Both the position numbers and the translations under genes were made by a program. Shown in pieces: positions 18,463-27,798 of a DNA stretch of 64,000 nucleotides. Below the pieces are notes generated by a model. The model was given only the letters and a program-made list of their open reading frames with translations. It was not told where the DNA came from and ran no database searches. The stretch's first letter is position 1; the number at the start of each line of letters is the position of its first letter. This stretch comes from Candidatus Latescibacterota bacterium (GTDB lineage: Bacteria; Latescibacterota; UBA2968; UBA8231), in assembly GCA_965248355.1 (NCBI GenBank), contig OZ252098.1, positions 4,416,001 through 4,480,000 on the forward strand, in the 5' to 3' direction.

Positions 18463-19973
18463 CCGACGCCCCGGAGCGGCGCCTGTCGCACCAGGTCGGC
18501 GTGGTCCTGGCGGCGCGCATCTCCAGCACCCTCGTCGACATCTCCACGGCCGTGGCCACGGCCCACCTGCTCAGCAAGACCGACTTCGCCGTCCTCAGCT
18601 ACCTGATGATCCTCTACCAGGTCGGTCGCTACCTGGCGATGATGGGCTTTCCCGACAGCGTCTTCTACTTCTTCGAGCGCCTGTCCAGTTCCGCTCGCCG
18701 CGCCTTCTGCCTGCAGACCTTCCTCATCCTCGCGGCCGCGGCCGCCGGCGCCGGCGGCCTCATCTTCCTGTCGACCCATGCCGTCCCCCACCTGGTCAGT
18801 TCCGAATGGACGGACCGCAACATCCACGACGTGCAGCGCTTCCTGCCCTGGTTCGCCCTCGTGGCGGTCCTGGAGATCCCCACCTGGCCGGCCATGAACG
18901 TGCTCCTCGCCTCGGGCCGGCACCGGCACGCCGCCCTCTACGAGATCCTCTTCAGCGTGCTGATCTTCGCCGGCCTCATCGGCCCGCTGCTGCTCGGGTA
19001 TTCGCTGCGCTACGCCCTGATCGGCCTGTCCCTCTATGCGGCGGTGCGGCTGGTCGTCTCCGTGACCTGGGTCTCGCTGGTCCTGCCGGCGTCGACGCGG
19101 AGGCCGCCCACGGGGCTGCTGGGGGAACAGATCCGCTTCGCCATCCCCCTGGGCAGCTCCCTGCTCGTGAACCGGATGAACCGCTACGCGGACAAGTTCG
19201 TCGTCGGCGCCATGCTCACCCCCGCGGCGCTGGCGGAGTACAACATCGCCTCCCAGGAGATCCCCCTGGTCGCCGTGCTTCCCTACGCCGTGGGCACGGT
19301 GCTCATCACCCGCTACGTGCGGCTGGTGAGGGACGACCGCCGGCAGGAGCTGCTGGAGTTGTGGTACCAAGGCATCCGCAAGATGTCCCTCTTCGTGGTG
19401 CCCGTCACCGTGCTGCTCATCGCCATCGCTCCGGAAGCGATCCCCGTGATCTTCGGACGCGCCAACTACGAGGCCTCGATCCAGCCCTTCCAGATCTACA
19501 CGACGGTGCTGCTGCTGCGGGTGGCCTCGTTCTCCAGCATCCTCCAGTCCTTCGGCGACACCCGCGCCGTTCTCTGGGTCGCCCTCTCCCGGTTCGCGGG
19601 CAACGTGGTGCTCACCATCCCCTTCACCCTCTGGTGGGGGACGATCGGCACCGCCGGCGCCACCGCCCTGGCCAGCTTCCTCAACCTCTTCCACATCCTC
19701 GCCGTCCTCTCCCGGCACATGCAGCTGCCCGCGCACCGGATCCTGCCCTTCGCGTACTACGGCAAGGTCCTCGCCGTGGCCCTGGTCAGCGCCGGCGCCA
19801 CCTGGGGCCTGAGACTGCTGCGCGTCCTGCCTTTCGAGGAGCTGCCCCGCATCGGGGCGACGGTCGTGGCCTACGGCGTGGTGTTCCTCGTCGTCGGCTC
19901 TCTCACCGGCGTCGTCAGCCGCGAGGACCGCGGGCACCTGTGGGACTGGATCCGCCTGAAGTACCTGCGTTGA
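18459..19973 (+). CDS. Oligosaccharide flippase (Wzx/MOP superfamily)
   Basis: ATGA overlap with the GT4 gene; roughly 12-14 hydrophobic segments; 'DKFVVGAML...LAEY'. Confidence 0.8.
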   Translation: MTDAPERRLSHQVGVVLAARISSTLVDISTAVATAHLLSKTDFAVLSYLMILYQVGRYLAMMGFPDSVFYFFERLSSSARRAFCLQTFLILAAAAAGAGGLIFLSTHAVPHLVSSEWTDRNIHDVQRFLPWFALVAVLEIPTWPAMNVLLASGRHRHAALYEILFSVLIFAGLIGPLLLGYSLRYALIGLSLYAAVRLVVSVTWVSLVLPASTRRPPTGLLGEQIRFAIPLGSSLLVNRMNRYADKFVVGAMLTPAALAEYNIASQEIPLVAVLPYAVGTVLITRYVRLVRDDRRQELLELWYQGIRKMSLFVVPVTVLLIAIAPEAIPVIFGRANYEASIQPFQIYTTVLLLRVASFSSILQSFGDTRAVLWVALSRFAGNVVLTIPFTLWWGTIGTAGATALASFLNLFHILAVLSRHMQLPAHRILPFAYYGKVLAVALVSAGATWGLRLLRVLPFEELPRIGATVVAYGVVFLVVGSLTGVVSREDRGHLWDWIRLKYLR

Positions 19974-20021
19974 GGACGACGCCGGCGCCGCCCCCCCGCG
20001 GACCGGGGCAGGGCCCTCGAA

Positions 20022-20771
20022 TCACGGCTTGCGCAACACCAGGAGCACGCGGGACCCCGTGTCCTCCGTGGCCTCCCGGACCCGGCGGTCGAAGGCGGCG
20101 AGCAGCAGCCGGCGAAAGAGGCCGGGGCCGACGTCCAGGCGGCAGAGCAGGAAGGAGAGCACGTGGTAGAGGGCGGACCGGCGGGTGAGGAAGAGCCGAT
20201 CCAGCACATCGTAGCCGGGGAAGTGGGCGGCCAGGGAACCGGCGGTGTAGTGCCGGTGGTGCTTGGCGATGAGGGGCAGGTTGGTCGACGGAGCCGTGAG
20301 GATCAGGGTGCCGCCCGGGGCGAGGACCCGGTCCACGTGGCGGGTGAACCCCGGCACCGCCTCGTCCGGGACGTGCTCCAGCACCTCCACCACGGTGACC
20401 GTGGAGAACGCCCCGGGCTCCAGGCCGGCCACGTCCTGGCAGCGGAACTCGAGCCCCTCCACTTCGGGGGCGAAGGCGCGGGCGAAGCGGATCGGCCGCT
20501 CGTCGAGGTCGACCCCGAGGGCGCGGAAGGCCCCGTCGAAGGCGGGCCCCCGGGCGAAGTGGTTGAGGAGGAAGCCGTCGCCGCAGCCGACGTCGAGGAC
20601 GTCCCCGCCCCGGTGGTGGGATTCGAGGAGGTCCAGGGCGCGGCCCATGTAGGCGGCGTAGTCGAGGCCCCAGCCCAGGTGCGCCCCGAAGCGGCGCCCC
20701 TCGAGGTCGACGAGGTAGTGGTAGGGGAACCGGTACTGGTCGCTCTGCAGCTGCCGGGGGGTTCTCGCCAT
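20022..20771 (-). CDS. Class I SAM-dependent methyltransferase
   Basis: Motifs 'VLDVGCGDG', 'EVLEHVPD', 'LAPGG.LIL'. Confidence 0.9.
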   Translation of the reverse strand: MARTPRQLQSDQYRFPYHYLVDLEGRRFGAHLGWGLDYAAYMGRALDLLESHHRGGDVLDVGCGDGFLLNHFARGPAFDGAFRALGVDLDERPIRFARAFAPEVEGLEFRCQDVAGLEPGAFSTVTVVEVLEHVPDEAVPGFTRHVDRVLAPGGTLILTAPSTNLPLIAKHHRHYTAGSLAAHFPGYDVLDRLFLTRRSALYHVLSFLLCRLDVGPGLFRRLLLAAFDRRVREATEDTGSRVLLVLRKP

Positions 20772-20778
20772 GACGGCC

Positions 20779-21675
20779 TCAGAGAGCCCCCCGCAACTGC
20801 AGGAAGGCCTCGGGCAGACGCCCCGGCCGGAGCCGGTCCAGCCAGCGCCCCCACGGAAAGCCTATGAGGAGGAGCTCCGCCATGAAGACCGTGAAGAGGA
20901 TGTTCATGGTCCAGCCGATCCCGAAGTGCATGGCGATGAGGGCGGCGGCGGCCCACGGGCGGGTGCGCCGCCACCACAGCAGGACCCCGATCAGCTCCGT
21001 GCCGAGACCGATGGCCAGCACCGCCGTGGCCGCGATCCAGTGCCCGGCGGCGAGTTCCTGCAGCGCGTTGGGCTCGAAGTGGCCCGTCTTCGAGATCGTG
21101 TCCGTGGCCTTCTCCGCCATCCACAGCCACAAGTGGCGGCCGTCGATCCAGCCCGGACCGGTGGCCGCGAGCTTGCAGAGGCCCGCCGAGGCGTAGCCGA
21201 GGCCGGCGAAGAACCAGACGCTGCCCCACACGAACCGGCGCTGGGCGGCGGCGTCGCGGAAGCAGGCGCCGCCGATGGCCAGGGACAGCAGGCCCATGCC
21301 GACCAGGTTCGAGCTGTGGGGGATCTCGCCCAGGCAGAAGCGGGTCGCGTACTGCAGGTGCAGGAGGGCCATGGCCGCTGCGTACGGCCAGCGCGATCCG
21401 AGGCGCAGGAAGCCGAGGGCCACCAGCAGGGTGAGGAGCCCGGCGTTGACCAGGGGCAGGGGGCCGCCGATCAGGAAGCGGATGTCGAGGTAGCGCGCGA
21501 TGCCGAGAGGCAGGACGACCTCGGTGATGCGCAGCGTTTCCGATCCCCAGGTCCACGCGTAGCGGACCGCCTGGAAGCCGATGAACAGCTCCCAGACGCG
21601 GAAGTGCAGGGCCTCGCCCGGGGTGTCGCCGCGGGCCCGGGAGAAGTCGAAGAGGTTGTCGAGGATCCCTCTCAC
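20779..21675 (-). CDS. HTTM-like integral membrane protein
   Basis: GTG start overlapping the upstream stop. Multiple TM helices; 'GEIPH', 'Y.SAGLCKL..TGPGW.DG', 'MHFGI'. Confidence 0.55.
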   Translation of the reverse strand: MRGILDNLFDFSRARGDTPGEALHFRVWELFIGFQAVRYAWTWGSETLRITEVVLPLGIARYLDIRFLIGGPLPLVNAGLLTLLVALGFLRLGSRWPYAAAMALLHLQYATRFCLGEIPHSSNLVGMGLLSLAIGGACFRDAAAQRRFVWGSVWFFAGLGYASAGLCKLAATGPGWIDGRHLWLWMAEKATDTISKTGHFEPNALQELAAGHWIAATAVLAIGLGTELIGVLLWWRRTRPWAAAALIAMHFGIGWTMNILFTVFMAELLLIGFPWGRWLDRLRPGRLPEAFLQLRGAL

Positions 21676-22166
21676 CGGTCCCGTTCGTAGGCCGCCGGCG
21701 GCAGGTCCGGGTTGCGGGCCGTGCCCTCGCCGGAGAGCAGCAGGAAGGGGGTGGCCTCGACGACGACGGAGTCGCCCTCGGCGAGATGGCCCCGCACCTT
21801 GTAGACCATGAGGCGCCGCGTCCGCAGGAGCGTCTCGGTGAACAGCGCCCGCAGGCCGCCCACGCGGGTATCGTCCCAGGTCCGCGTCTTCGACAGGAAG
21901 TTCGCGAAGTCGATGGGGTCGATGCCGATATCGGGCAGCACCACGGGCCGGCCGGGCAGGCCGCCGAGGTCCGTCGCCCGCCAGCGGGCCGAGTCGGGCA
22001 GCGCCTCCACGTCGCGCACGAGGGCCCGGGTCCAGGGCCGGCCGGCGACGGAGAACATGGGATAGATGCTGGCCGGCCAGAACTCGCCCTCGTGGGTGGC
22101 CACGAGGAGGACGTAGACCGCGAGGGTCAGGACCAGGACCCGGGCGGCTCTGGCCTTGGACCACAT
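21672..22166 (-). CDS. Membrane-anchored hypothetical protein (partner of the HTTM-like gene)
   Basis: ATG 22166; N-terminal TM helix followed by 'GEFWPASIYPMFS'. Confidence 0.65.
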   Translation of the reverse strand: MWSKARAARVLVLTLAVYVLLVATHEGEFWPASIYPMFSVAGRPWTRALVRDVEALPDSARWRATDLGGLPGRPVVLPDIGIDPIDFANFLSKTRTWDDTRVGGLRALFTETLLRTRRLMVYKVRGHLAEGDSVVVEATPFLLLSGEGTARNPDLPPAAYERDR

Positions 22167-22171
22167 GGGGC

Positions 22172-22963
22172 CTAGTCCGCCGCCGGCAGGAGGAGGAGGT
22201 TGTCGAAGTCGACCTCGGCCGACTCCTTGGTCGAGTCCGAATCGCTCCACAGGGCGATGGTGATCGGGCGGTCCGGCGGCGCCTTGCCGAAGGTGCGGCG
22301 GTAATCGGCGGCCACGTCGCGCTCGACGGACTGCCAGGTGCCGCGCTGTCGGAGCCCGGAGGCGACGACGAGGACCTTGAGCGATCCGTACTCGGCCAGG
22401 GTGCCCGGAGGCAGAGTGGAGCTGTAGGTGTACTTGATGCCCCGGGTGCGGCCCATCCAGTCCCGCGAGAAGATCACGTAGACCGCGGCGCCGGCGTCGT
22501 TGCGGCCCTTCTCGTCCTCCCGGGCCCCCTTGGGAAGCTGGTGGACGCGCCAGTCCCAGCGCAGCCGGGGGTGGGTGGCCAGGTCCCACTCGTAGCCCTC
22601 GCCGTTGGGCAGGCCGATCCAGATCGCCTGGGCCCGGGTGAAGCCGCGCAGGAAGCGGCCGCCGGCCTCCTCGCGGACGACGAAGTACTCGTCCTCGTCG
22701 ATGAAGCGGGGGCCGAAGGGGAGCATCTCCCGGCCGATGCGCCAGGCCGGAAGATCGCCCCCGCGGTAGCTCTCGAAGTCGTCGATGAGGATCCCCCCGG
22801 AACCCGCCGCCGCGGCGGGCGGGCACGTCGTGCCAGCGAGGACCTGCGCTCCGAGGAGGAGGACCGCGAGGCGGGGAACCCGGCGCCCGGAGATGGGCGC
22901 GGAGGCCCTCCCGGGCCTCGGCCGGCTCGGCGCGCTCACCTTCGGAACTTTGCTTCCTGGCAT
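22172..22963 (-). CDS. DUF3047 domain-containing exported protein
   Basis: Motifs 'P.LRWDWRV', 'NDAGAAVYVIF', 'IKYTYSS', 'ERDVAADYRRTFG', 'SDSDST'. Start uncertain. Confidence 0.75.
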   Translation of the reverse strand: MPGSKVPKVSAPSRPRPGRASAPISGRRVPRLAVLLLGAQVLAGTTCPPAAAAGSGGILIDDFESYRGGDLPAWRIGREMLPFGPRFIDEDEYFVVREEAGGRFLRGFTRAQAIWIGLPNGEGYEWDLATHPRLRWDWRVHQLPKGAREDEKGRNDAGAAVYVIFSRDWMGRTRGIKYTYSSTLPPGTLAEYGSLKVLVVASGLRQRGTWQSVERDVAADYRRTFGKAPPDRPITIALWSDSDSTKESAEVDFDNLLLLPAAD

Positions 22964-23057
22964 TTTCTGAGGTCGATCAGCGGTCGGCGACTGAACAAAG
23001 ATACGGCCGTACGCGAGGAGGGGTTCCGCCCTCGCCGGCGGCCCCGTGCCCAGTCGG

Positions 23058-24176
23058 TCAGTCAGCCTGCCCGGCCACCCGGGCGTAGTCCTCCATCAGC
23101 CCGTCGAGGACGGCCGACCAGCTGCGGCTCAGGGCCGACTCCCGCCCGCACCGACCCAGCCTGCGGGCGAGGTCCGGGTCGTCGACGAGGCGGCGCACCG
23201 CGGCCGCGAAGCCGGGGCGCGACTCGGCCTCGAAGAGCAGGCCGTTCTCCTCGTGCCGGACGATGTCCAGCACGCCGCCGGAGTCGGGGGTGACCACGGG
23301 CAGGCCGGAGGCGCAGGCCTCGAGGACGACGTTGCCGAAGGTCTCGTTGGCCGAGGGGAAGGCGAAGAGGTCGCTGCTGGCGTAGGCCTTGGCCAGCTCC
23401 GCGCCCCGCAGGTATCCGGCGAAGACCGTCGGCGTGCCCCTGAGCCGGGCGCGCAGCTTCTCCAGGCCCGGGCCGCCGCCCACCACCGCCAGGCGGGAGC
23501 CCGGCGCGCCCTCGAGGGCGTCGGCGAGCCAGTCCACCCGCTTCTCGGGGGCCACCCGGCCCACGTACAGCAGCAGGGGCGCCGCTGGATTCCCGCCGGT
23601 GAGGAACTCCCGCATCTCCCGGGACCGCCACTCCGGGGAGAACCGGCGGGTGTCCACGCCCCGCGTCCACACCCGCGGATTGCGCACCCCCTGCCGCTCC
23701 AGCTCGCCGAGGGTGACGCTGGAGGGGCACAGGTTCAGGGCGGCCTGGTTGTGCAGCCAGCGGATGTAGCGCCAGCACGGCCCCGCCAGGAATCCGAACC
23801 CGTAGCGCCGGCAGTAGCCGGGCACGTCGGTGTGGTAGGAGGCGATGAGGGGCACCCCCGTGCGCCGCGCGCCGCGGACCCCGGCCACGCCGAGAAAGAA
23901 CGGATTGAGGACGTGGATCAGGTCCGGCTGGAAGGCCTCGAGGCGGGCGCGGACATCGGTCAGGGGATTGACCATCCTGAGCTCGGGGTACAGGGGCAGG
24001 GGGAGGCTGCCGATGCCGACGATCTCGGTGGCGGCATAGCGCGCCGGCCCCCCGGCGGGGGCGAACAGGATCGAAGGATGTCCCCTGGCCTCGAGGTGGT
24101 GGAGGAGGTGGCAGAGGGTGTTGACGACGCCGTCGATCTTGGGCAGGAAGGTCTCCGTGAACAGGGCGACCCGCAT
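23058..24176 (-). CDS. GT4 glycosyltransferase of the lipid-acting MgtA/SqdX/Agt-like group
   Basis: Motifs '[18 protein letters not shown]', 'SYHTD', 'YVGRVAPEK', '[17 protein letters not shown]'. Confidence 0.85.
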   Translation of the reverse strand: MRVALFTETFLPKIDGVVNTLCHLLHHLEARGHPSILFAPAGGPARYAATEIVGIGSLPLPLYPELRMVNPLTDVRARLEAFQPDLIHVLNPFFLGVAGVRGARRTGVPLIASYHTDVPGYCRRYGFGFLAGPCWRYIRWLHNQAALNLCPSSVTLGELERQGVRNPRVWTRGVDTRRFSPEWRSREMREFLTGGNPAAPLLLYVGRVAPEKRVDWLADALEGAPGSRLAVVGGGPGLEKLRARLRGTPTVFAGYLRGAELAKAYASSDLFAFPSANETFGNVVLEACASGLPVVTPDSGGVLDIVRHEENGLLFEAESRPGFAAAVRRLVDDPDLARRLGRCGRESALSRSWSAVLDGLMEDYARVAGQAD

Positions 24177-24229
24177 GGAGGGCGTGCCCGTCCGGCGCAA
24201 CCGGCGGTGCCAGAGGCGCCGGCGGCGCC

Positions 24230-24865
24230 TCAGAGAGCCGGAAGCCCGGCGAGCGCCAGCAGCCAAAGGACGCAGCCCGAGGCGGTGCCGGCCACGGTCT
24301 GTCCCAGGGTGTGCCGCTGCAGGAAGACGCGGGACCAGGCCACCACCGGAACCAGGGCGAGCACCGGCAGCGAGCCGGGTCCGTAGAGCCACCAGCAGAC
24401 GACGGCCAACCCGGTGCAGCCGGCGCAGTGGGCGCTGATCTTCCAGCGCAGGGTGACGCCCAAGAACAGGAGGGCCTGCACGGTCTGCACGGCGGCCACG
24501 AGCGTCATCTGGGGACCCGCTCCGCCGGCCCACAGCAGCCCCAGGGCGGCGGCCGAGGCGGCCACCGCGGCGGCGAGGGGACGGCGGCGCTCCCGGCGCA
24601 CGTTCATGTGCAGATCGCTGAGCTGCCCGCGCCGGTGGAGGAACAGGACGTAGGCGGTGGGCAGCAGCACGCCGACGGCGATGAACAGCGCCGCCCATCC
24701 CCAGGCGGCGGCGGTACCCGCATGGGCGGCGACGACGAAGGCCGCCGCCGCGGCGCACAGAGGCGGCGTCAAGGCGCCCGATACGCGCCGGGCCAGGCCG
24801 TCGGCCACGGCGGCGGAGCGCGAGAACGGCCGCGGGGTGAGGTCCTTGCCGAGGGTCAGTTCCAC
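24230..24865 (-). CDS. PAP2-like membrane phosphatase
   Basis: About 6 TM helices; 'KISAH' and '[13 protein letters not shown]' resemble the PAP2 C2 and C3 motifs. Confidence 0.65.
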   Translation of the reverse strand: MELTLGKDLTPRPFSRSAAVADGLARRVSGALTPPLCAAAAAFVVAAHAGTAAAWGWAALFIAVGVLLPTAYVLFLHRRGQLSDLHMNVRRERRRPLAAAVAASAAALGLLWAGGAGPQMTLVAAVQTVQALLFLGVTLRWKISAHCAGCTGLAVVCWWLYGPGSLPVLALVPVVAWSRVFLQRHTLGQTVAGTASGCVLWLLALAGLPAL

Positions 24866-25282
24866 GTCGTCAGCTCTTCAGGCACAGGCGGCCACGCCGG
24901 GGAGGGTTGTCCTTCCGGCCGGTCGACGGGCAGACTCGCCGCGGCCGGCGGCAGTTCCTGGACCAGGCCGGTCCATTCCAGGAGGCGCAACTGCCTGTCG
25001 ACCCGGTCGCCGCTGTTGCAATAGAGAACGTCGTCACGCCGCTCGATCCCGGCCAGATGCACGTGACCGGCTGACGCCGTGGTTCACTACCGACGCCCCG
25101 GCGCGGCCTGTCCAGCAGCTTGCGCAGGACGTCGCGGTGGGACGGCGGCCAGTACCAGCGGCGCTTCAGACGTAGAGTCGGCCTCCACGGTATCCAGGAA
25201 CCGATGCAGGAACTCGACCTTGCAGGCGCGCGTCCCGAAGGTGGAGATCGGAGAGGAAGACGGATCGGAACCTCAAGCTCAC
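24856..25282 (-). pseudogene. Decayed PlcP/LpxH-like metallophosphoesterase (phospholipase C) gene
   Basis: Reading across frames gives 'FRSVFLSDLHL/GTRACKVEFLHRFLDTVEAD', 'LKRRWYWPPSHRDVLRKLL' and 'GHVHLAGIERRDDVLYCNSGD'. The GD..D and GNHD motif blocks are absent. 427 nt with several frameshifts. Confidence 0.75.
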
Positions 25283-25464
25283 ACCTCCCGGTGAGCGGGT
25301 GACGGGCCGAGGCCCCTGGCGGCGGCCGCCGTCGTCATCGCCCGGAGAGTGGCGGGGCCCCGCGCCTTGCGGCGCGTTCCAGGAAACCTCACATCGAACA
25401 TCGGATCCTCCTGATACGGCGAGGTTTACGCGAAAGCGCCGTTCCCAAGGTCCTGCCTCGCCAC

Positions 25465-26508
25465 GTGACCCGGCCCTCCCTGTCCCCAAACACAACATCC
25501 CGGAACGTGTCCAGCGAATCTCCAGATGGTGAACCCCGGCCCGGCCTTCTGCGCGCTCTGGTGAGAGGCGTTCCCGCCCTGGCCCGCCGTTGGGCACCCT
25601 CCCTCGCGGGGCGGCCGGGGCCGGCCCTTCGCGTCGCGGCGGGCCTGTTCACGGCGGGCGTCGCCGGCTGGGTGATCCACCAGGTCATCGAGGTGGGCTG
25701 GCTGAAGGTGGTCGAGTCGATGCCGGCGACCCCGTGGTTCTACCTGATCTTCACGGGCATGTACCTCGTGCCTCCCCTGTCGGAGGTGTTTGTCTTCCGC
25801 CGCTTCTGGGGACCGGTCTCCGGACTGCTGCCGGCGGTGCTGATGCGGCGGCTCTGCTCGGGGCACGTCATCGACTATTCCGGGGAGGCCTACCTCTACC
25901 TGTGGGCGAGGCGTCACCTGGGTCTGCCCCATGCCCGCATCGTGCACGGGATCAAGGACAACGTCATCCTGTCCTCCGCCATGTCGACCCTGTTCGCCCT
26001 GGCCGTCCTCGGAGCCCTGGCCGCCGGCGGCTGGCTGGTCCCGGCGGCGCTCGGCGGGCACTGGGGGTGGCTGCTGGCCGCCCCGGCGGCCCTGTTCGCC
26101 GTCGCCGCAGGGGCCTGGGCCATGCGCCGCCGCCTCCTGTCGGCTCCGCCGTCGGCGTCGGCCGCCGTGTGCGCCGCCCACCTGGTCCGCCACAGCCTCG
26201 TGCACCTGCTGCAGGTCGCCCTCTGGGTCGTCGTCGAGCCTTCGGTGCCCCTGAGCTCCTGGCTGACCCTGCTGGCGGCCCAGATCGTGTTGACGCGGGT
26301 ACCCTTTCTGCCGAGCCGGGATCTCGTCTTCGTCGGCGCCGGACTCGGTCTCTCCGGGTACCTGGGTGTCGAGGCGGCCGCCGTGGCGAGCATCCTGCTG
26401 ACCACGGCGGTCCTCGACCGCGGCCTCAACCTGGTTCTCTACCTGCTGTGCCGGTGGTCACAGCGGCGCCGCGCCGCATCCGCGCCCGCCGCCAGCTTCG
26501 CCGTGTGA
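25465..26508 (+). CDS. Integral membrane protein, lysylphosphatidylglycerol-synthase-TM/flippase-like
   Basis: About 8 TM helices; 'VGWLKVVESMP..PWFYLIF', 'YSGEAYLYLWAR', 'IKDNVILS'. Start uncertain (GTG 25507 or 25561 possible). Confidence 0.55.
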   Translation: MTRPSLSPNTTSRNVSSESPDGEPRPGLLRALVRGVPALARRWAPSLAGRPGPALRVAAGLFTAGVAGWVIHQVIEVGWLKVVESMPATPWFYLIFTGMYLVPPLSEVFVFRRFWGPVSGLLPAVLMRRLCSGHVIDYSGEAYLYLWARRHLGLPHARIVHGIKDNVILSSAMSTLFALAVLGALAAGGWLVPAALGGHWGWLLAAPAALFAVAAGAWAMRRRLLSAPPSASAAVCAAHLVRHSLVHLLQVALWVVVEPSVPLSSWLTLLAAQIVLTRVPFLPSRDLVFVGAGLGLSGYLGVEAAAVASILLTTAVLDRGLNLVLYLLCRWSQRRRAASAPAASFAV

Positions 26509-26593
26509 CGAGGAGAGCGCGTTGCAGAGCCCCAGAGATTCCGCCCGCCCGCGTTGCAATTCCGTGAAGGCGGACCGAGATTCAGCCCTCTCC

Positions 26594-27790
26594 ATGGGCC
26601 TCTCCGACCGGATTCTCCCTCCCGTGCGGGTCCTGTTCGTCTCGCACACCTTCCCCCCCGCCGGCCGTCCCCTGTCGAGCGTGGGCGGAATGCAGCGGGT
26701 GGCCACGGACCTGCACGAGGCGCTGCTGCAGCATCCGGAGGTCACGGTGAGGTCCCGGGTCCTGCGCAGCTCGTGGCGCTGGATCTACCTGCGCACTCCG
26801 ACGTACCTGGCCCGGACCTACGGGCACATCGAGCGGCTGGCCCGCAACGGCGAGGTCGACGTCGTCCTGTTCTCCTCCATCATCTCCGCCGGCCTCGTCA
26901 GCTTCCCGCTGCACCGGACCCTGCGCGCCTGCGGCGTGCGCACCGCCGCCGTCGTCCATGGCGACGACGTCACCTGCCCCCTCGGGCCCTACCAGCGGCG
27001 GCTGCGCCGCGTCTTCGAGGAGATCGACGCCGTGGTCTCCGTGAGCCGCGCCACCGGCGACGCCTGCACCGAGCGCGGACTGGACCCGGACAAGCTGCAC
27101 GTGATCCCCAACGGCATCCGGGAGGACCGCTTCCCCGACACCGAGCCCGGGGCGGCTTCCCGCGGTGACCGCCTGGCCGCCCTCGACGGCTCCGCCGGCC
27201 GCCTCGACGACGACGCCTTCCTGCTGTGCAGCGTCGGGCGCCAGGTCCCCCGCAAGGGCTTCGCGTGGTTCGTCGACCAGGTCATGCCGACCTTGCCCGA
27301 CCGGGTCCACTACTGGCTGGCCGGCAGCGGCCCCCAGACCGAGGAGATCCGCGCCGCCGGGAGGCGCCGGGGTCTCGACGCCCGCCTGCGGCTCCTCGGC
27401 CCGGTCTCCGACGAGCACCTGGGCCTTCTCTACCGCAACTCCGACCTGTTCATCATGCCCAACATCGCCGTTCCCGGCACCATGGAGGGCTTCGGCGTGG
27501 TCATGCTCGAAGCGGGGTTGTGCGGCCTGCCCACCATCGCCTCGCGCCTGGAGGGGATCCAGGACGTGATCTCCGAATCGGAGAACGGCCACCTGGTACC
27601 GAGCGGATGCGCCGACGGCTTCCGCACGGCCATCATGCGGTACGTGGAGGATCGATCCATCCTCGAGCCGGTGCGCAGCCGCGCCCAGAAGCACATCCGC
27701 CGCTTCCGGTGGCCGGTGGTGGCCGAAGACTACGTGCGGCTCATCCGGTCCCTGGACCGGGATCCGCGGAGGGCCCGGGCCCCGGGCTGA
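26594..27790 (+). CDS. Glycosyltransferase family 4
   Basis: Motifs 'LFVSHTFPP...GGMQ', 'VGRQVPRKG', 'MEGFGVVMLEAG'. Confidence 0.88.
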   Translation: MGLSDRILPPVRVLFVSHTFPPAGRPLSSVGGMQRVATDLHEALLQHPEVTVRSRVLRSSWRWIYLRTPTYLARTYGHIERLARNGEVDVVLFSSIISAGLVSFPLHRTLRACGVRTAAVVHGDDVTCPLGPYQRRLRRVFEEIDAVVSVSRATGDACTERGLDPDKLHVIPNGIREDRFPDTEPGAASRGDRLAALDGSAGRLDDDAFLLCSVGRQVPRKGFAWFVDQVMPTLPDRVHYWLAGSGPQTEEIRAAGRRRGLDARLRLLGPVSDEHLGLLYRNSDLFIMPNIAVPGTMEGFGVVMLEAGLCGLPTIASRLEGIQDVISESENGHLVPSGCADGFRTAIMRYVEDRSILEPVRSRAQKHIRRFRWPVVAEDYVRLIRSLDRDPRRARAPG

Positions 27791-27798
27791 TCCCGCCC

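Noticed and set aside
22998..23030. GGAACC-N16-CGTA ECF-sigma-like promoter upstream of DUF3047
   Set aside because: Single instance with no second copy found to support a regulon motif.
25288..25310. Possible Pho box upstream of the plcP remnant (GTCACC/CTCACC on the minus strand)
   Set aside because: Repeat spacing is 8 bp rather than 11 and the match is weak.
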